From Clytia hemisphaerica (Eukaryota): a DNA stretch of 64,000 nucleotides. Where the stretch lies: assembly GCF_902728285.1 (NCBI RefSeq), contig NW_027104472.1, positions 935,681 to 999,680 of the forward strand, read 5' to 3'. This document shows, one piece after another, positions 1-12,874 of the stretch (its first letter is position 1; each line of letters begins with the position of its first letter). The notes under the pieces were generated by a model. The model was not told the DNA's origin. It did not search any database and saw nothing but the letters and a program-made list of their open reading frames with translations. Made by a program: the position numbers and the translations under genes.

Positions 1-55
1 AAAGACCGTTGCATTTTCACGAAAACTATATTTATTTAAAGGAAAGGGAAATCTT

Positions 56-217
56 ATGTATGATAAGAAGATAGACGCAGACCCTGCTTCTGTCCATGTG
101 AAGTGTGAAGAAAATAACAAAAAAGTCGCTGAGATTCTTGAAAGTCTAAAGAAGGCACTTGCAGATACGAAAGAATGCTATCAACATTGCCAAAAAGAGA
201 TGGCTACTGCCAAAATG
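56..217 (+). CDS. Putative exon of an upstream gene (coiled-coil-like sequence MYDKKIDADPASVH...EMATAKM). Donor GT at 218.
   Basis: Open frame ending at a consensus GT donor. Phase is compatible with the 397-480 exon. No homolog recognised. Confidence 0.3.
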
Positions 218-396
218 GTATTGTTTATTTTTTTAGTCTTAAAAATATTGTAATATTAGCTGTCCACCCTTCCATTTAGGTTTTATTAAACAAAATATTG
301 ATATCTAATATAATCTTATAGTATTCAACCCTTTCTCTAATTATTTTCACTTCTGACAGAAAGATAATAATTTTTATTTGATAATCTTTGTTTTAG

Positions 397-480
397 CCTT
401 CAATTGAGGATATTGCAAAAGGAAACACAAAAAAAGAGCCTGCTGGTGAACCATCTGAGGAGTACAAAACTTTAAAAAAA
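397..480 (+). CDS. Putative exon (PSIEDIAKGNTKKEPAGEPSEEYKTLKK) of the same upstream gene
   Basis: ttttag acceptor at 395-396 and gtaattt donor at 481. Phase 0 to phase 0. Confidence 0.3.
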
Positions 481-795
481 GTAATTTTTTCACTGACAAA
501 CTTTCCGTACAGGGTCTGAATTTTCACTCAATGTCTTTAAAAATGTTGTCAGTGACAATCGAATTGTGCTTTTGAGTTCTCAAATAATAATATACATGGC
601 ACACTATCACATAATCATTCACACCAGTAGCTAAGGGCAACTTAAAACCTGACATTATGAAAAAACCACCTGACAATAGCACTAGCCAGGCAAAAATTGA
701 GCAAATTTTTATTGAAGCAATATATTGTGATACAGTCACCAGAAATGATTCTGTGTGCTGTTAAATTTGTATATCTTTCTTTCTAGCAATTACAG

Positions 796-831
796 GCCAA
801 AAATGAAGATCTACGAGTCATCATTGATGAA
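796..831 (+). CDS. Putative short exon (AKNEDLRVIIDE) of the upstream gene. An alternative acceptor at 787 would add Q-L-Q.
   Basis: cag acceptor and gtacgt donor at 832. Confidence 0.25.
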
Positions 832-1759
832 GTACGTCACATTTTCAGTGACATAAATCAGCTTAGTACAACGGTTCCTTATTGAGCATTTTTGAATGGT
901 CTTTTTCCTCATACAACATTTTGTTGAGTGGTGGTAACTGTGTTGACGTTGTGGAAGCTGTGATGGCTGAGCCTGATGATACGGTATTGGAGATGCGAAC
1001 CAATCCATCACCTATGAATTACTTGTATAATTAATGCAACACTAAGAAAATATTGACACAATTGTTTGTAAATCTTGCAAGTTTATAAACAGATATTTTG
1101 ATAAGTTAAATGGTTACGACTGAATTGTGAAGTGTTGGATTGCATGTTTCAAATATTCTTTTATTGATTGCTTGATAATATCCAAGATATGGTGAACATA
1201 GCAGTGGTAATCACAATGATATTCATAGAGCAGAATAATTGTAAGGCATTTGAGTTGGGAAGAAAATGTGAATTTATCTTTTGTAATTATAAGGTGACGA
1301 TAGAAATGATTATTGTCTTATGATTATTTTCTACTGCTCCCCAATGATTTCCTCAATTCTAATTCATACATAACACAAATGAGTGACAAATAATTACAAC
1401 AATTTAGCGTTACCAGCAAGTTACTGAAAATTTTAGAAGCCCTGAAACTAGTTCATGACTTAATTTTTTCGGTCCTTTGAACAGGGCTTGAAATAACGGT
1501 CGGACATCGGACATTGTCCCACCCAAATTGCTCCTTGTCCGACCCAAAAATCATATTTTTCAAGCTAAAGCAACCGTGATCTGATCTGACATTTTGTCTT
1601 GTCTAACCCACTATTTTGAGCCTTGTTTGAGTGATTTTTTTTGATTTATTTTCACATTCTTCATTCACATTACTACGTTCTTTTTAGACACGGACAAAAA
1701 TAAAAACAAAAAGATAAAAAACTTTGAAGTAGATTTTTTTCATCTATTATCTGGGCCTT

Positions 1760-1872
1760 ATGTTTGGTGTTTGCAAAATTGATCAATCGATTCCTATCGA
1801 GCATTTGGATTATAAATTCATTGGCTCTTGTAAAGATGTTGAATTGCTTCAGAAACTTGTCAAAATTTTAAG
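1760..1872 (+). CDS. SPAG1: SPAG1 ortholog exon 1 with the start codon (MFGVCKIDQSIPIEHLDYKFIGSCKDVELLQKLVKIL-R)
   Basis: First in-frame ATG after a TAG at 1730. Matches the human SPAG1 N-terminus 'IPIEHLDFKYIEKCSDVKHLEKILCVLR' (remembered, not searched). Donor GT at 1873. Confidence 0.75.
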
Positions 1873-2171
1873 GTATATTGACATTTCATGATTCAATATA
1901 TTTTCAAAATAGTCAGAGCATTCAATGTCAATTGAATATAAAGAATCTGGCTAGGAAAAGCTAGCAAAAAGTATTTTGGGGATAGAAATCCATTGATAAT
2001 CTACAGCTCTTTTATCTGGTCAACATTGAATAGTAATAACCTCCAATATCTTCCACTCTGCTCTCTGACACAAATTCTCTTCACATAATCAAAACGTTTG
2101 GTTATTTTATTGACACCTTGTAGCAATCAAATACATACTAACTTGCAATAATCTTCTTTGTTTTGTTTCAG

Positions 2172-2246
2172 GTCTGGCGAAGAAGGAATATATCCAGATT
2201 TGACTCATTTTGCAGAAGAACAATTGAGAAAGTTCAGCCCCAAAAA
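2172..2246 (+). CDS. SPAG1: SPAG1 exon 2 (SGEEGIYPDLTHFAEEQLRKFSPK)
   Basis: cag acceptor at 2169-2171 and phase continuity (AG+G=Arg). Matches human 'SGEEGYYPELTEFCEKHLQALAP'. Donor aa|gtaact. Confidence 0.7.
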
Positions 2247-2285
2247 GTAACTTTTTTCTCTATTTTGATTAAAAATCAATATGAA

Positions 2286-2786
2286 CAGGGCTCGAAATAG
2301 CGGTCGGACATCGGACATTGTCCGACCCAATTGCTGAAATGTCCGACCCAAATCGATTCTAGTCGGACATCATGTCCGACCCAATTACTTTCGGTGCCTT
2401 CAAAAAATTTGTCAGATGCGTTGTGAAATTTCCAAAAGAAATATTATAATTTACATAGAATTAGTAACTTCTTTATTTACACACAAAAACTCTCAAAGTT
2501 GCGATCATTAGTGTTAGATATTAATTTTGTGTGATGCTTTTTCTCAACAAATGAAAGCATGCTTCAAGTAAAAATCATGGGCTTCTGACCATTAATTGGC
2601 ATTTTTTTAGCTTCTTCGTGATCAATGTAAAATTCTATCAGAAGCTTGTATTATATTTGAAATATACCCCACAATCGGACATGTCCGACCCATTTTACTT
2701 TAAAAGCCTTAGGACATGTCCGACCCAAATCAATTTTTGATCAGACAATGTGTCCGACCACCTAAATATCGTTATTTCGAGCCCTG
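2286..2786. mobile_element. MITE (about 500 bp). TIR 'ACAGGGCTCGAAATA(G/A)CG' with internal 'gtcggacat/gtccgaccc' repeats. Partial second copy at 1481-1560.
   Basis: Terminal inverted repeats are read directly from the sequence. Flanking 'atga' on both sides. Confidence 0.7.
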
Positions 2787-3429
2787 TATGAAACCATAAC
2801 CTATCGCTTTTGCAACTCTAAAATACAAGAAAAATTTCCATGTTGAGATTTTCTTTCCTTGAATTATCTTGTTGTCTTCTGCTCCAAGGTTTATTTAAGC
2901 TCAACCACTGCCTTTCTAATTCAGATTTACTTGCAACAGCAAAAAATTCTGGGTTCCATAGTACAATAAACACTTTGACATCAGCAAAAGCCAAATTTAC
3001 GTCAACATGTTTGCGTCGGTAATAGCCGAATGCCAACATGAATTAGAATGGCTGAACCAGTGTAGAGCATATCTTCATGTTTGGCACCTTTCTTTTATAA
3101 GAATATACTTTATAAGTATATTGGCCGAAAAATGAAGAATATGCTAAGAATACCACCATCATGGAATTTGACAACTGAACCTAAGAATTCCATTTTCGGG
3201 CATTTTACCTGTAATTTGCTAATTATTCCCCAGCAATGCTATAAAAAATTTTTTGTTTCAGGTATGCATTGCATGCTAGATTCAGGGTAGGTTTGGATCC
3301 TAACCTAGAATACTGTAAGAGTTCTTCAGGAAGATTTTTTTTAACAAAATGTTAAGAATACCATAATGAAATGGAAAAACACAATTTTTATAATATGAAG
3401 CGTGTATAAAAGAATTTCTTCATTTTCAG

Positions 3430-3514
3430 TCCTCTATTGGAGAAAGTCAATCCGGAGAAATCAACTTCTGAACTTGGGAATGAAGAGCAACAAAATATTG
3501 TCAACGACTTAAAG
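3430..3514 (+). CDS. SPAG1: SPAG1 exon 3 (N-PLLEKVNPEKSTSELGNEEQQNIVNDLK)
   Basis: ttttcag acceptor and gtaggt donor. Phase is consistent. A missed exon between 2247 and 3429 cannot be excluded. Confidence 0.55.
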
Positions 3515-3727
3515 GTAGGTATAGTTCCACCAATCAGATGCAATTCTCATTCCTATTTCATTTTATGACAACATGCTAGCCTGGCACAAATGTTTGTGAA
3601 TTTGATAGATTTTTTGGAAATTATCTGTCAAAAATAGTGTTTCAACGTGTGTAATGGAAAAGGTAAAGACAGGTACAGGTAAAGCCAGGTCAAAAACAAG
3701 TAACTCTTTTTTTGTTTGATTTAACAG

Positions 3728-3829
3728 GGGTTTACCAAAGACACAAAGACTTTACAGAATGGAAATAAAGATAATCTGCCACCTGTTCGAAATTCAAAGA
3801 CCTTAAATGTAGATGCTGACAAAGAAAAC
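3728..3829 (+). CDS. SPAG1: SPAG1 exon 4 (GFTKDTKTLQNGNKDNLPPVRNSKTLNVDADKEN)
   Basis: The 'DNLPPVR' motif is conserved in human SPAG1. aacag acceptor and gtgag donor. Confidence 0.7.
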
Positions 3830-4257
3830 GTGAGATTTTTTGATTAAATTTATGAACAAACCTGATGACAAACAATCTGAAACATAGGACCTAATTTACA
3901 TTTTGAGATTTGAAATCAGAGCAAAACTGATTATGTGATTGCCGCAGGTTGTTAATTTTTTTACTTCCAAAAATCTGCAGTGTAAAATTGCACAAGCGAG
4001 GCGAGCTTTGAGCTGTATGAGTATGACAGGTAAAAGAGAAGTCAGACAGGTGCTGTTATTGTTTGGGCAAACTTTGTCTCTGCACCATCAACTTTGCTGT
4101 ACTTTAGTCTGAATTTGCTTTAATCGAAAAAATATAGTCACTTCGTCAAAAATTGTGTCACCACCAGGCTCAATTGGATTTGAGTAACTCATTTATTACC
4201 CCCAATGAGTTTACTGCTTACCTATGACCTCATTTTCCAATTTTACACTTTGTTTAG

Positions 4258-4459
4258 AAACCTGAAGTAAATAAAAAGAGCGACAACAAAAGGGTGACAC
4301 CACGAAGTTATGATGAGTGGAGTAAACTTGATAAGGAAATTGAAAATTCAACAAATGAAGACGACATAGCATCATCAAAAGGAGCCAAAGCTAAAATGAA
4401 TGATACTGGAAAAGGCTCCTTGAAACCAGACGAGATGATTGGAAAATTAAATACAAAAG
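4258..4459 (+). CDS. SPAG1: SPAG1 exon 5 (KPEVNKKSDNKRVTPRSYDEWSKLDKEIEN...GKLNTK)
   Basis: 'PRSYDEWSKLD' matches the 'PRDYAEWDKFD' motif typical of SPAG1/RPAP3. tttag acceptor and gtatgt donor. Confidence 0.8.
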
Positions 4460-4710
4460 GTATGTGGAGAGGAATATAGCTATTGCTTTCATGTTATCAA
4501 CTTGACTGTTTCAAATTTCAAAAAATAAGGTCGCAAGATTTCTCTTTGAATCTCAGAACAAAACTTTTGAACTCAACCATGTATTTTTGGACTCGAATAT
4601 TATCCATTGAGTGATGTAAAAATCATTTTCGCAGTACCTTTTTATCAGAAGTTGTAAATTTTCTCCTTTTCGTAACATGAAAATTCAGTCACCATTTTCA
4701 AATCTTTCAG

Positions 4711-4947
4711 ATCTAACCATTGAAGAACTGGCAGAGCAAGCTGAGAAAGAAAAGAACAAAGGAAACGAAGCATTCCGGTCTGGAGATTACAAAGAAGCCC
4801 TTGTCTATTATAACAGGAGTATTGAATTATCGCCAGCTCCTGCTGTTCACAACAACCGAGCAATGGCTTATATTAAATTAGAAGAATATGAAAAAGCAAT
4901 CATAGATTGTAATTGTGTGTTGAAGGATGAGTCAAACAATATCAAAG
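4711..4947 (+). CDS. SPAG1: SPAG1 exon 6, TPR block 1 (DLTIEELAEQAEKEKNKGNEAFRSGDYKEALVYYNRSIEL...CVLKDESNNIK)
   Basis: Canonical TPR sequence, close to human 'EKEKGNEAFNSGDYEEAVMYYTRSI'. GT-AG boundaries and phase 1 continuity. Confidence 0.85.
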
Positions 4948-5298
4948 GTGATTTTAAAGTGCTACATACTTTTTGTTGTTTCACCATTTCTTAGAGTCAA
5001 TGTCTAATACGTTGATGGTTCAGTGAAAAATTCCACGGGACTACAAATTTTAGTTCCTTTAATATAACAATGTTTACTGGCCTATTTCGATTTTTGTATG
5101 TGTTATTGGTATATGTAAATTAAACTAACACTTTACCTCGGGCTATTCGTTTTAGACTTGAAATGGATTCTTGTTGTAGACTGGTCCTTTCTCCAATATT
5201 GACTATCTTTGTAACCCTTTCATTCCCATGCTGTTGGAGATCTAAAGAAGTTTCTGTTAACCTCACCAACATTTTATTTTTATTGTTTTTTATTTCAG

Positions 5299-5405
5299 CA
5301 TTTCTCAGACGTGGTTTAGCATACCAAGCTCTGAAGAAGTTGGATCTGGCTTTGAAAGACTTTACAATGGTCGTGGAAATAGAGCCTAAGAATAAACGGG
5401 GGAAG
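5299..5405 (+). CDS. SPAG1: SPAG1 exon 7, TPR continuation (AFLRRGLAYQALKKLDLALKDFTMVVEIEPKNKRGK)
   Basis: Matches human 'ALLRRATTYKHQNKLREAREDLKKVLDVEPDN'. tttcag acceptor and gtttgt donor. Confidence 0.85.
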
Positions 5406-6093
5406 GTTTGTGTAGCTTTAACTTGCTTAAGTTTAATACACCAATCAACTCTTTTTGCGAATTACTTAGTTTGATTTAGCAGTAGGCTCACCTTGCAAAT
5501 CCTACCATTGTAACACGCATGCGTAATTTGTCGTTCTTTTAAACCGTAGTTAACTCCCGTGATAAACAAAGAGGATTGAATCCTTAAGAGTGGTACAGTC
5601 ACTTTCGGTCAAGGTTATGGACGGCGAAATTTGTCGTTCTTTATGAGATTTGTCGTTCGTTTTGTCTATTTTTAGTAACGCAGGATTTGTTAGATAGGAC
5701 CCCTCTAGAGCCTACAGTATTATATGAAACACCCAAAGTCCTTTTCCAGTCCAGTCGAAACATTGGTTAATATAGAAGAAATGAAATGATATGAATTGGT
5801 CGATCTTTCTATTTAATTTCTAAATCATCACTAAGAAAGTGAAATTGAAAATTCTAAAAGCATTACTTTATCTATACAAGCTCAGTAAAAAAGTTAGAAA
5901 ATTTATGAGATCCACCCAAGGGAATACAAATGATTATCATTAATCTTTTTGATAATTTGAATTTTTAGTTTCTCGAAGATGCACTTTTTCAGAATTTTTT
6001 TCTTCTATATTTGATAAAACACCTAACCACTTCACTATTGTGGTAATTGAACTATTGTGGTAACTTTAAATTGAATCTGAAATTTCCTTTTAG

Positions 6094-6125
6094 GAGCTGT
6101 ACGAATCGGTTTATAAAGATTTGGA
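6094..6125 (+). CDS. SPAG1: SPAG1 exon 8, short (ELYESVYKDL-E)
   Basis: ttttag acceptor and gtaagt donor. Fits human 'TLSEVERDLK'. Phase 2 links to the next exon. Confidence 0.6.
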
Positions 6126-6596
6126 GTAAGTTTTTTAAGAGCTTTTGAATCTTTATAAAAGTAAAGACACTCACTTCAATCATTCAAAGGCAGTTGTAAT
6201 GTGATGACAGAAAATTTTCCTCTTTCCCCCTTTTTGGAATCTTCCTTTTGTAAAATTTATTCAGGTTTCCAGATTGGAAAAGTGACATAATCTATTTCTG
6301 ATTATCATTTCATGATAATCTTTTTATGAATTCACATGTCGCTACCGTCGAGGCAAAAGATCCAATCTCAAAATAAGTGTCTCAGAAAACTTCTTTTTTT
6401 TACTTTGCTAACTTAAAGATTGGAGAGATTGACCCTTTTCTCTCGGCACCTTTTCCACTCCAAGAAAAGGGCAAATGTTACAACTTTGAGTTCGAAAAGC
6501 AAACTAGTCCTAGCTTTCTCAGACACTAATTTTGAGATTGGATCTTTTCCTCGACAGCAGATTCCAAATGTAATTTTTGTTTGAAATTCTTCATAG

Positions 6597-6925
6597 AAAA
6601 CAAAAAGATAGCGGTGCAAAGAAGAAGGGAGGTGGGAAACGCTTAGTGGTGGAAGAAATTGACTCCACTCAAGACGAAGGCGATAGTAAAACAACTGAAC
6701 CAATGAAAAAGTCGCCTGGCAATCGCATTGTCATCGAAGAAGTTGATAGTGTTAGTGCACCTGTGCAAGAAGTTTCTCAAGGCCCTATCAAACCTGCTGA
6801 AGAAGCACCTGAGACTGTGGAGGTTAAAGAGCAACAACAAATACAAGAACCAACCTTAGAATCAACAGCAAGTACGGGTGGAATTGAAACTCAGGACAAT
6901 ATTATGAACCCGCCCTCTTCTGAAG
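6597..6925 (+). CDS. SPAG1: SPAG1 exon 9, acidic linker (EKQKDSGAKKKGGGKRLVVEEIDSTQDEGDSK...NPPSSE)
   Basis: 'KRLVVEEIDSTQDEGDSK' resembles human 'KRMVIQEIENSEDEEGK'. catag acceptor and gtatat donor. Confidence 0.8.
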
Positions 6926-7483
6926 GTATATTTATCAACCAGAATCTGTTTTTGTGGTTTATCAGCGCTTTTTTTGTGCCTGGGGTACAAAAGGATCTCC
7001 TGGAGCAAGGAACTAGACTTACAATTTAATAGGTGCAATGAGACGATAAACTGGCCTAGATATATTTTTCGTACAGGTGCATCTATTTTACTGAAAGAAC
7101 TGTTACTTTTACTGCAGCTGTTGTCTACCCCTCTGCTTTAAACTCTATCAAGGCCTACTCATTACCATCACAACTAACACATTGGCATTCACACTAATTG
7201 TAGTTGATGGAGCTTTTAAACATTCTACCTGGTCTTTAATATATAATTATTATATACATTTATCCGCAGACACGTGTTTCATCCTTCCCAGGACTCATCA
7301 GTGCGGCTCGGGTAAGCGAGCATAGATTGTTGTCACCAGAGTGCTCAAAACACTAAGTGTTGAGCTTCGCATTATCGCTTGTGGTGAACGGAGAAGCAGA
7401 GCTTGCTCCTCAACAGAGTCTATAGAGTGCTTAAAGAACCAAAGTTCTGAGCGTAAATACTTATTATATATCTATGTCTTCAG

Positions 7484-7636
7484 GTACCACTCCAGCACCA
7501 CCACCACCTGTTGTTTATAAAGAATTGCCACAAGATGCATTGAAATGGAAGAACGAAGGGAATGATCTCTACAAGAACGGGCAATACCAAGAAGCGTACC
7601 AGAAATACACTTTTGCTATACAAATTCTTATGGATG
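7484..7636 (+). CDS. SPAG1: SPAG1 exon 10, TPR block 2 start (GTTPAPPPPVVYKELPQDALKWKNEGNDLYKNGQYQEAYQKYTFAIQILMD)
   Basis: TPR sequence with a GT-AG intron. Confidence 0.85.
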
Positions 7637-8049
7637 GTAAGTGTTTTTTTATTCAATCTGTTTTTCAAAGGACTCTCTTCATCTGTCTTCATTAATAAAA
7701 TCTTGTGTGTTTTATCAATCAATCGATGCGATTACTGACTTATGATTTTGTGACTGTCACTATCTACAAAAGGTTATTTCCCCCCCAAAAATCAAATTTA
7801 CGAGGGACCTAAAAAATCGTATAATGGGCAAAAGCCACGTAATGATTGAGCTGGTGAAGCAAATTAGAAAATAAATTTTCCTTTCAAAAGAATGCGAAAT
7901 TACGATACAAGAATCAATAAAAGGCCCTTTTTTTGTCAGAGTGCAAAAATTAAGTTAAACAATTTTAAAGTCAAGGTGCCAAAACTGACTAGGTAGATTT
8001 TACTTCAAAAATTTTTAAAAATCTTATTCTTACTTACTTTCTCATATAG

Positions 8050-8221
8050 ACGTGACGGGGTATAAAACAGCATTGAGTAGTCTCTTCAATAACCGGGCCA
8101 TTTGTCAGTTGAAGTCTGGAAACTGTTCAGAGTGCATCAAAGATTGTACGAAATCTCTTAAATATCTTGCCAACATCAAAGCTATCCAGAGAAGGGCCAC
8201 GGCTTACGAAACCCTAGAAAA
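8050..8221 (+). CDS. SPAG1: SPAG1 exon 11 (DVTGYKTALSSLFNNRAICQLKSGNCSECIKDCTKSLKYLANIKAIQRRATAYETLEK)
   Basis: Strongly matches human 'SNRAACYLKEGNCSGCIQDCNRALELHP...LLRRAMAYETLEQ'. Confidence 0.85.
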
Positions 8222-8790
8222 GTAAGCTTTATTTTAGAATATATCCGCTCTTTTAATACTGAAATTGATTTTCTCCCATTTTTTTTTACTCCCGAAAGGT
8301 CAGGAAAGGTACTTTTACTCAAAAATGAGAAAAACCTTTCGTAATTTTCAGCCTTTTACGTGTAAGTCAACCAATCAAAATATCCGTGTATATGTTTATT
8401 CCAACTAAATACACCTTTGTCATCTTTTCTTAGGTAAGACCAATTCAAGAAGTCTTTTTCTACGGACACTATAGACCCAAACTGAAAATCTAATTGCTCA
8501 ATGTAGCCCACATTTTTTGAAAAGCTTTGGTTACTCCTCCAAGTTGTCGAGGAGTAAACGCCGACTTTAAAAACTGCAATGTTTTCGCAAGTGAAACATC
8601 TTTTTCATAGCGGTTCGGACTTCACTTTCTATACTGTCAATCAGGCTTTAAAATCTTTGATCCTGTCCATCGATCAACGTTTCCTGTATCCCACTTTGTA
8701 TTCTTCCAGAACTTAGTGTAAATGATGTTTTACTTTATTTTAATTTTTACCGGTCGATCCTTTTTTGGATTTTTTCTTTATTTTTTTCAG

Positions 8791-8868
8791 ATATAAGGAC
8801 GCTTATGCTGACTTCCAGATTGTTTACTCAAGGACACGCGACCCTAAAGTTTCTCAAGCTATGTCAAG
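8791..8868 (+). CDS. SPAG1: SPAG1 exon 12 (K-YKDAYADFQIVYSRTRDPKVSQAMS-R)
   Basis: Matches human 'YGKAYVDYKTVLQID...ANDSVNR'. tttcag acceptor and gtaagt donor. Confidence 0.8.
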
Positions 8869-9109
8869 GTAAGTGCTCCCTGATTAATGGACCCGGTTGT
8901 GAAAATGAGGATAGAAAACAAAGAAAATGATGTAAGATTAACTAGTCTGAGGTTCTGAAGTTTAATCATTTTTTAAGTGAAATATTATTACGATTCCAAG
9001 GTAAATTTTAATCACTTTCTTCACCAACATTTAAGCTTTAAAGAGCTAGCCTAAAACCAAGTCTCAGTTATAATTCGATGGTTTCAGTCCTTTGCTCTCT
9101 CAATGGTAG

Positions 9110-9245
9110 GATATCAAATCATTTAAAATCGGACTACGGACGAGACTGGCATGATAAATTACCTGCAAGAGACGCTCTCGATTGGAATGATGCACCCGCT
9201 TCTGCCATAACATCTCCACCGGTGAAAAGTTCTGTCCAAGAAGAG
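9110..9245 (+). CDS. SPAG1: SPAG1 exon 13 (ISNHLKSDYGRDWHDKLPARDALDWNDAPASAITSPPVKSSVQEE)
   Basis: An acceptor at 9108-9109 is forced, because the alternative upstream AG gives an in-frame stop. 'YGRDWHDKL' resembles human 'DGPNWREKL'. Confidence 0.7.
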
Positions 9246-9639
9246 GTTAGTGAATATACATACATGTGTCGCTCTTTAATTCGATTTTCAAGGTGGAATC
9301 AATCGTTTTTTCCTCGAATAAGGGAGTGTACCGAATAATACAGAACGTCGTTTATGAGTGTTTCTTTTTGACGGTGGCTTTTAATATCATCGAATATTAA
9401 AAAAGTATAAAAACGCAGAATTAAAAATTAGAAATTCGTTTTTCATTCGTTTTTAGAAGAGGAAAGGCAAACTTTGTTATTTAAATCTTTCAATTGCGTT
9501 CAGTGGCTTAAGAGTAGCGAAATGTTAAAATTCACTTTTGAAAGTACCCAAAATCACACCAATGGCAGATACTCCTGCTGACCGCTCCTAACTATTCATT
9601 TAACTATTCATTGTAGCTGTTGATGTGTTTTTGTTACAG

Positions 9640-9891
9640 GAAAACACTAAGCAAGCCTCTACTGTGGAAGATCAAAGTCCGGCATTGGTGAAACAGGCAA
9701 ACAATAATATCGCCTCGCAAACCAAACCTGCTGTCGCCAAGGAAGAGAAAAAACCTGAAATAAAACCAGTCGAGGTGAAACACAAAGTGATAGACCAAAA
9801 ACCTGGAGAGAAACCTCAACCAAAACAAGAGAAGACGATACAAGAGCAGTTTGTGGAAACAAAAGAAAAAGGAAATTCCTTTGTCAAACAG
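9640..9891 (+). CDS. SPAG1: SPAG1 exon 14, Lys/Pro-rich linker and TPR block 3 start (ENTKQASTVEDQ...QFVETKEKGNSFVKQ)
   Basis: gttacag acceptor and gtaata donor. Ends with the TPR start motif 'KEKGNxxFKQ'. Confidence 0.8.
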
Positions 9892-10379
9892 GTAATACTT
9901 TTATAAAGAGATCAGGGATGATTTTTTGTAGATTTTCTTCTTTGTCTTGTTGGCCCAGCGCTAAGCGAGTGGGCCTTTCATTTGCAACGTTCTGTTCGTG
10001 TGTACGTGTGTCTGTCCGTCCGTTTTGGTAGAAACGGCGCTTAAAACCAGTAACACACTTTTTGCCGTCTGGACAGGGAAAAGCTTGCTAAAGTCGGATA
10101 CTGGCTATAAAAGATATATTTTCTGATTCCGCGCTCCTTCAAAACAATTTTGAAAACAAAACAAGATGGCGGTCGAAGCGAGGAGGTTGATTCATACTTT
10201 CTTGAACATTTTCTTTGCTTTAGTAGTCGAGAGATTTTCAAACCAAAGAAATTTTGTAAAGATTTTTCTTTATAAACCTTTTTCAACATTCTGCCATTTC
10301 TTATGGTCTTTGCTCAAGTTTTCATAAAGTTTTATGAGTGAAAATTCTACCTTAAATCACTTTCATTTTTAGTTTCTTG

Positions 10380-11110
10380 TTTTCAAAAAGACTTCATTTT
10401 TAGGAAAAAATGGCATCTGATATAGAAATAAATAAACTGAAATGCAGCTCATGTGTAAATTTGAATAAGATTGGAACATTTTTCTTGATGCTACAGAAGA
10501 AAACAGTCACTTCTGGATCTGTCGCTGTTAACAACGGTCAGTCAGTACAGTGGTGGGACGTGGTATGATTTTCAAACCCAACACATAATTATTTCAAGTA
10601 AACTGATTCTGGAATTTGGTAATAGACACTAAAATGGAGCTCATGTGTAAATTGGAACAAGATTGGAACTTTTTCCATGATGCTTCGCGTGCGTGAAAAT
10701 GATTCTTTCTGGATCTGTCTCGTTTGACGAAAGGTGCGATGGCTTGATTTTTCAAACTCGACACAGAATTATTTCAAATAAGCTGATTATGGAATATGTT
10801 AATGGAGACTAAAATGCAGCTCATGTGAACATTTGAACAAGATTGGGACTTTTTTCATGATTCTACACATTAAATAAAATGGTCATTTCTGGATCTGTCG
10901 CATTAAAACGGTCGGTCGGTTTCAAACTCGACTCACATCGATCACATAATTATTTAAAGTATATAAACTGATTCTGGAATCTGTTAATGAACACTTAAAT
11001 GCAGCTCATGGGTAAATTTGAACTAGATTGAAACATTTTTCATGGTTGCAATGCATGAACAGTGAAAATGGTGGATCTGTCACATTAATTGTTAACTCGA
11101 ACATTAATTG
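10380..11110. repeat. Intronic satellite: about 4 tandem copies of a unit of about 185 bp ('gcagctcatgtgtaaatttgaa...')
   Basis: The motif recurs at 10444, 10638, 10816 and 11003. Confidence 0.75.
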
Positions 11111-11800
11111 AATTTTATTAGCCTGGATATGCAGACCGTAAACTATTTCACACTCTAGTTTTTTTAAGATCATTTTTCTGGTTTACGGTCTGGTCCAACT
11201 AACATACCTGCAGGGATATTAAAGCGCCCACTCACTAAGCAGAATATTTGCCAGATTTTTTTATATTTTTCCAGTTTTTCTATGGGTGCGCATAATTTAT
11301 GGAAAAAGCTGACCTTGTGAAAAAAGATAAGCGAATGAAAATGAAAACACAGGTTCATTTCTAAAGAAAATGGCCGCTGGAAAGTAGCCTTTATAAAATG
11401 TGGCTGATGTTTTGATATATATAGTTTAAAGTAGTTTTGAAAGTTTTTTGAGTTTGTGAAAGAGGTTTCATGGCAAGTTAATTATGTGTGTCTGCCTGGG
11501 TTTTCAAAGTTTTGATAGTCTGTCAAACAAGGGTTCACTCAAAGGCAGTATCAAACAAACTGTACCCAGCTTTTTTAGTTACACCGGACTCTAAAATTTT
11601 AGAAACTTTGTATTGTTTTTTTTTCTGAAATTTTGAGTCTGGATACCCAGGCTAGAATTTTATTGGAAAGTTGAATGTAGTTGAAGACATTTTCGCTGCT
11701 AAGGCCTGGTAAAATTTTTTATTGGCCAAAGACTGACGTTACAGGCAAAACTGTAAAGGCAAAAAATGGGTAAAAAAATTAACGATTTTTGAAACTCGTA

Positions 11801-12874
11801 CTCTTGGGTACCTAATAGCTGCCCCCCCCCGCAAATTAATTTTTCGAAAATAATTTTCTACCCAGGACATTCTTATTCCAACCCCCCTGCTTATTGATCT
11901 TTGCGAAAATGTTTTTAATAGTTCCCTCTTTTGTCCTAATTCTGCTGTATTACATGTTTTTTTATAAGCATAATCGCACGATGGGTTATTTTTTCTTATT
12001 TGGCGCGCCCTCAAAGAGAGCAATTAATCGTTAATTGCATCCTGTAGAGAGCAATTAATCGTTAATCACACTCTCCAATGCGGCGCCAATGTTTACAAAA
12101 TTGATTTTATTGTTTTTTCTTACATTTTTTTGTATCGAACGTTTTAATTGCATTCGAAATTTATTTTGTGAGAAAGAAAATCAATAATCAACAATAAAAG
12201 AAAGACATAGAGAGAAGAGAAAAATGTAAAACTCTCAGTGTAATTTCTGTAATTTACTTTCCTAAATGGGAAAAAGTAGTGAAAGCCATTGTGCGATTAG
12301 CTCGTAATCACATAATAACTCGTACAATTCGAAAATTGCACTCGTGATTTTTTTGTTTCGAATTTTCCTCGTCCTTTCGGACTCGGAATATTAATAACAA
12401 AAAAATCACTCGTGCAATTATATTCGAATTGCACTCGTTATCATGTGATTACATATACTAACAACGTTTATAAGCATACCTCAAGACCTAAATTTGTCTA
12501 AAAAATAAGCATATTACTGAGCTTGCTTTTGAGGTGTGTAAGTGAAAATTTTTTTTTCTATTAGAAAACGTAATGACAAATCTTTGTGTCATTACTTATT
12601 ATCCTCATGTATAGCAATGGCAGATTTTGGAAAAATTGGAGACTCGAATTTTTCGGAAAAATAAGCATATGATAAACATACTAAGTCTAAAATATCTCTA
12701 AGCATAACTGAGCTTGTTTCCCAAAAAACATATGCTTATAAAAAAAACATGTAGCCTCCTTTTCAAAAGTTTTCCACCCAGGACATTTTTATTTCAACCC
12801 CGCCACTTATTAAGTTTTGAGATTTTTTCCAACCTCCCCCCCCCAAAACCCCCCAGCTATTAGGTACCCGAGGA
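11801..12874. mobile_element. About 1.07 kb non-autonomous TIR element in SPAG1 intron 14. TIR 'CTCTTGGGTACCTAATAGCTGCCCCCCC' with internal palindromes (caattaacgattaatc).
   Basis: Inverted ends lie at 11801-11830 and 12845-12874. The poly-C plus 'ttattaattttcgaaaa' motif is shared with the 49218 family. Confidence 0.65.

Noticed and set aside
6577-7029. The 150-aa ORF taken as a standalone gene
   Set aside because: It is SPAG1 exon 9 (6597-6925) plus intronic read-through. The real boundaries are the catag acceptor and the gtatat donor.
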